Origin: Cyanophora paradoxa CCMP329
Taxonomy: Eukaryota > Plantae > Glaucophyta
DNA: 64,000 nucleotides
Assembly (NCBI GenBank): GCA_004431415.1
Contig: QPMI01000048.1
Coordinates: forward strand, 124,001 to 188,000
Direction: 5' to 3'
Positions 59,497 through 64,000 of the stretch are shown here, piece by piece. How positions within the stretch are numbered: position 1 is the stretch's first letter; each line of letters starts with the position of its first letter. The translations under genes and the position numbers were made by a program. The notes beneath the pieces are model-generated. The model worked only from the letters and a program-made list of their open reading frames with translations. It was not told the DNA's origin and ran no database searches.

Positions 59497-61929
59497 ATGC
59501 GGTCGATACTGCTCCTCCTGGCGCTCCTGGCACTGTGCGCTTGCTGCTCCGCGGCAAAGGTTGCAGTTACAGCCGCTGGAGAGGCCGTGGGACTCGCGGG
59601 AGTGCCGATCTGCGCTCTGCGCGGTCCCAACATCCTCGCCGGTGAGCGCCGTGCCTACGATCAAAGAAGGCTTCTGAATTTCGATATGCAGGCGACGAGG
59701 CCTGCGGCACGCGGGAACCGACCCAGCAACAGCAGGCGCGGGCGGCCGCAGACTTGGCGCGACCAGACGGGGCCCGGGCGCGCCGCAACCTTCTTCAGGC
59801 GGCGGTCGATGCGAGACCTTTCATTGTGGACGTCTATTTACACCACAGCGCGCCCGCGCCCGCCTTCCGCCCGACGCTCTGGTTCTGCCTTCCTCGCGCG
59901 TGACTCGCGCGCCGCGCTCGCTGTCCCGTACGCGCAGTCATCGATGCCAACGCTCCTCCGCCGCCGGATGTTCCCTTCGGGGCCGCTTACGTGGACCAGG
60001 TACGCGCTCACTGTTTGAAAACGCTGTTGGCTCGGGCCCCCAGCCTCGGGGACGGCGCCGCAGCGGCCGACCGGGGGCGCCGGCATGGCCGCAGGTTCGG
60101 ATACTGAACCAGGTCTTCAGCCCAACGATCGCGTTCCGTTTGGCGCAGGCGCGCGTCGTGCAGGAGGTGCGATCAAATTCGAAAGGCACATTTGATCCGC
60201 GGCGTCTCGAGCGCCGCGCCGCAGCCGCGCTGGCGCACCATCGCCCAGGAATCGCAGGAGGAGATCGACATGAAGGCTGCTCTTCGCGTGGTTCGCGCGC
60301 TCCGTTTCGACTCGAGCGGGCGTCTTTCTCTTCGATCCGCGGCTGAGCTTCGATCTTCGACGCAGGGCGGGGCTTGCTCGCTGAATCTGTTCGTGGTGGG
60401 ATCCGCCGGTGAGCGCCGAAATTAACTCTTTTTACCCGCCCCGTTCTGCCTCTACCCGTTTTCCACGCCCCCAGTGAGCTTCAGCGGCGCTATCCTCAAC
60501 GGGTGGTCGACGGTGCGCCGCGCCCCGGTACCCCCACCGACCTTCGGGCCCGCCTTGCCCACGGATACCGGTTCCGGTCAGTTCGCAACGGACCTCGGCT
60601 TTCGGCCCCAGCTCGACGGCGTCGTGATTCAGGAGTTCACTCTACCCGTCGGGCCGCGCTCCCGCAACGGGGGTACGTATACGCAGATCGCTTCGAATTC
60701 CACTCCGCCGGCCGCGCCTTTCTCACCGGGATTCGCCCTCCTCCGCCTCCGCCTCCGCCGCGCCGGCAGGGAAGACCGCGGTGCACGAGGCCGGGCACTG
60801 GCTCGAGCTCTACCACACTTTCCAAGGCGGCTGTCCCCCGGTCCGCTTCTCTCTCCCCCCTCCTCTCCCCCTTCTTTCCGCTACGTTTGTCTGATGGATT
60901 TACGGAACAGGTGGGCGATGACATCCTGGACACCGCGCCGCAGGCCTTGCCGCTGGCGCGCCGTACCCCCATCCCCCTCTGCGCCCCCTCTTTGACTTTC
61001 TCGTACCCCCATCCGCTAGTGGGACTGCCCCGTGGGGTCGCGCTCCTGCGGCGACGAATTCGATCTCGATCCGGTCTTCAACATGATGGTGCTGTACCCC
61101 TTGCAAGTCGTGTACCCCTGGGTGACGCTTGGGCAGGGGTACACGGCGTGCAGGCGAGAGTTCACGCCCGGGCAGCGCGAGCGCGTGGCCAGCTCCGCTT
61201 CGTTCTACCGTGGCTGCCCCCAGCACGACGGTGAGTGCCGTACCCCCCCTCTTCAATCATGTACCCTTTCCGACTCGTCCTTGCGCTGCGCAGGGAGCGG
61301 CCCCATCGGGGGGCTGGTGCCGGGGTACAGCAGCGAGTCCTCCTCGTCCTGGGGGATCTCTCTACCCCCCCAGGACCCCCTAGCGCTGGCTGCCGGGCTA
61401 CCGGCCGCGCCGCTTCGGGCCGCCGGGCCGCCCCCAGCCGCTTCCAGGACCAGTACCCCCACGTCCACCCCGACAGGCACCCCTAGCGCCACTTCCGCCC
61501 CTCCCGCACCGTCCCCAGCTGCGACGGGTACCCCCACCTCCACGGAAACCGCTACCCCGCCAGAGCCGCCCTCCCCTTCCCCCTCCCCGACGCCATCCGA
61601 GGCTGCCGTCCCCGTCTCCCCTCTCGAGACGGCGGCCGCCTCCGCGCCCCCGTCGGGGCCGTACCGCGCCCCGGCCCTTCCCGCCGCCGACGCCGCCGCC
61701 GGCAGCCTCTCTTGCGCGGGCTCTGCGAACGGCATCCGGTACTGTCCCCGCGGGTGCTCGAAGTTCTTTCTTTCGCGTTTCTCATTCATTGCGATCGAGC
61801 CTAATTCGTCTTCTTTTCCCCCTTGCTTTTCGAATTCGCAGGTTCTTCTGCTGCCTGCCGAGCTCCTTCTGCTGCCGGGAGGGCGACGTCTGCGACCCGA
61901 CCCGCGGCTGCCGTTCCGCGGGCTCTTGA
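59497..61929 (+). CDS. Secreted zinc metalloprotease, peptidase M43 (pappalysin/ulilysin-like), with Pro/Thr stalk and Cys-rich tip
   Basis: Signal peptide MRSILLLLALLALCACCSAA. Cys-switch-like ACGTREP; IVDVYLH; QVRILNQVFSPTIAFRL; EIDMKAALR; SLNLFV; DGVVI. Zinc motif GKTAVHEAGHWLELYHTFQGGC (60784-60816); GDDILDT; Met-turn DPVFNMM|GYTACRREFTPGQRER. TPTSTPT stalk; end FFCCLPSSFCCREGDVCDPTRGCRSAGS*. Confidence 0.85.
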
Positions 61930-62203
61930 TCATGAAGTGGCAAGGCCCGCATTTTAGAGAATAAATAATCTACAATGTGAATCTACATAATTGGGGGATC
62001 GAGGGAGACTCGAGAGGGGAGCGGAGGGAACGGGGGGCGGAGAAGGGCGAGATATCGATAAGCTTATATAATCAAGGGGGGAGAAAACTGAAGAGAGAGG
62101 GGAGTTCGAGGCTGAGCCTCGGAGGCCGGGTATGAGGGGGTTGGATTGCGATTAATATTGAAGGGGATCTAGACCGCCGGACGCGAGAACCCGCGAAAGA
62201 AGA

Positions 62204-64000
62204 ATGCCGAAGGCGCAGAAGCGCAGCCCGGAGCCGCAGGCGCCCGTCGAAGACGCAGCTGTGAAAGTCTACATCCACGAGCCCGGCATCGGCGCCCCGC
62301 ACGCCAAGATCCTCCGAGGGACTGCGGCCAAGCTCGGTCCGCTGCCGCCGCGAACCGCGCTCTCCAGAGCTGCAGGCTGTCCCTTCGATCGCGAACTCTC
62401 CCGATCACGCGCGCGCCCCGGCCGCAGGCTTCGCGGTGCACGCGAAGCTGGAGCCCGGCCGCACCACGCACGTCGTCATGAAGCGCTCGCTTAAAGGCAT
62501 CGCCGCCGACCTTCGGATTAGCCTCGAAGAGATTCCGAACCGGGTGCGCAAAATTCGCGCTTTTCGCGGCAGCGGGCCTGGGCCGGCCGCGGCCGCGGGG
62601 CGCATGCGGAAGCGCCTGACGCATCTTCAGGCCGCCCTTCATTTCGTGAAGCCGGAATGGATCGTATCTTGCGCGAATACAAAATCGCATTTTTCGGAGG
62701 CGGGGTTTGCGATTCGCGAGGAACAGACCCTCGACCTGGCTGCAGCGCGAGCCCTCGCTCTGGAAAAGGCGAAAGCCCAGCCCGGCGTGACGACCTCCGT
62801 CGTTGTTGGATCGGCGTCGAGCCCAATCCGGACTGTCCTGCTCACCACAGCAAAACCGAAGAAGCTGCATGCGCAATTGCGAGCCGCAGCCCAGTCTGTA
62901 GAGAGCAGCTGCAGGCGCCCGCTGGAAGCTGATTTCGCGGCGGCCGCTGAATCTGGAGCATCTTCAACGGCTCCGGCGGACGCCGGCCCCGGCGCCGAAA
63001 GCTCACAGGACGGCTCAAGCTCGCGCAGCCGGCCCGAGCAGAGCACGACTTCGTCCTCGATCGAAAGCTCGTCAGCTGCGCTCGAGCTCGAGCTCGCTAG
63101 CAGCAGTACCCGAGCATCAGCTGCAGCTCACGGGTCCCCGGAGGACTTCTTTCTTCGGGTTTCGTCCGTTTTCGCGACGTCGACCGTCCGCTGCACGCCC
63201 TCCAGCTTCTTCCTACCTCCGCTTCTGCCGCCGCCCCGACTCCCCTTCAAATCAGAAGCCGGATCCGAGGTAGCCAACGGACAACATGAGTGCCCGACCG
63301 CCGCTCAGCGGCTCTGGAGTGCCAGCGGCGATTCTGCGTTTGAAAATCCGATCCGAGGTCATTCCAGCGGCAACGAGCATGACACCCCTGCGAATGTTTT
63401 CGCGGAAGAGCAGTATTTCCTCTCTGCGGCTGCGGCCGAAGAGCTGCACCGCAGATCCCAAATATTTTCTAAGCATCCGCGACTCGTGGAGACCGAAGCA
63501 GAGCCCTTGCCACCTCCGCGACCTGTGCGAAATTTAAGCATGCGCATGACTTTCAATTGTGGAGTGCCCTGATTTTTGCACTGGCGCAGGGCGGCTCGGG
63601 TGCGGGAGGGACGGCGGCGGCACGGACGGGGGGCCTGCTGGCGCGGTACCTCGGCTTCGCGAACGCCCCCACGCAGCTCGTCCATCAGGCGCGCCGCCCC
63701 CGCCCCGGCTGTCCCGCCACCGGGCCCGCCCACTGCAGCTGACGCTGCCCGGGGCCAGGCGGCGCTGGCGGCGGCGCCGGCGGAGGAGGAAGAGTGGGGC
63801 GGCGGCGCGGGCGAGTCGGTGCCGGCCACGCAGCGCGAGCTCGAGGGGGACCCGGAGGAGGGCATGGACCTCGGTGGCCCTCGGGACCCGCCGCAGGCAA
63901 GCGGCGGCACTCCGGCGACGCGCCCCGCCGCCCGCGCAGTGCGCCGCCCCCGCCCCGCGCGTGGTATCAGAGCGGGGCCGACGGGGCGGGGCGGGGCGCA
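62204..64000 (+). pseudogene. Second, inverted and diverged Pol-lambda-like copy (BRCT plus linker visible; continues past right edge); possibly a pseudogene
   Basis: MPKAQKRSP..VKVYIHEPGIGAPHAKILRGTAAKLG|FAVHAKLEPGRTTHVVMKRSLKGIAADLRIS..HFVKPEWIVSCAN, with the first intron at the same position as in POLL. 63588-64000 closely matches the reverse complement of ~52520-52962. Apparent indels in C-runs (~63700, ~63880) break the POLL reading frame. Confidence 0.65.

Noticed and set aside
1-64000. tRNA, rRNA or snRNA genes
   Set aside because: No cloverleaf or recognisable conserved RNA sequence found by eye; a covariance-model scan would be needed to exclude small RNAs.

Overview
Eukaryotic, very GC-rich, intron-dense protist/algal genomic DNA. 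Introns are mostly 50-90 nt, with GTGCG/GTCCG/GTACC donors, many GCGCG/GCCCG donors, CTGAC/CTCAC branch sites and YAG acceptors. The organism cannot be fixed from sequence alone. Most ORF-track entries are GC-rich shadow ORFs; the real genes had to be spliced by eye. Ten genes are supported: a membrane-anchored PAS-PAS class III nucleotide cyclase (runs off the left edge), a HERP/HERPUD-like UBL membrane protein, a 13-kb myosin ending in a CEP164-type WW module, a secreted bacterial-style galactose-binding-fold protein, a ~24-kb PKD/IPT/filamin/REJ single-pass giant surface protein in a lower-GC block, DNA polymerase lambda, LMF1, a TM2-domain protein, a secreted M43 (pappalysin/ulilysin-type) metalloprotease, and an inverted, diverged second Pol-lambda copy running off the right edge. 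A Helitron2-type non-autonomous element sits in an intron of the giant gene. The strongest unexplained signal is the hexamer GTACCC/GGGTAC. It occurs in dense clusters in the bodies of six GC-rich genes, starts roughly 0.7-2 kb downstream of each ATG, is present in introns and in synonymous codon choices, and is at background level in the 24-kb low-GC gene. Other notable patterns are duplicated splice junctions inside long introns, CG-decay (CTAG/TGCA/TAC-rich) tracts, a 6-nt microexon and head-to-head gene pairs with as little as 63 bp between start codons. All counts and GC values are by-eye estimates.
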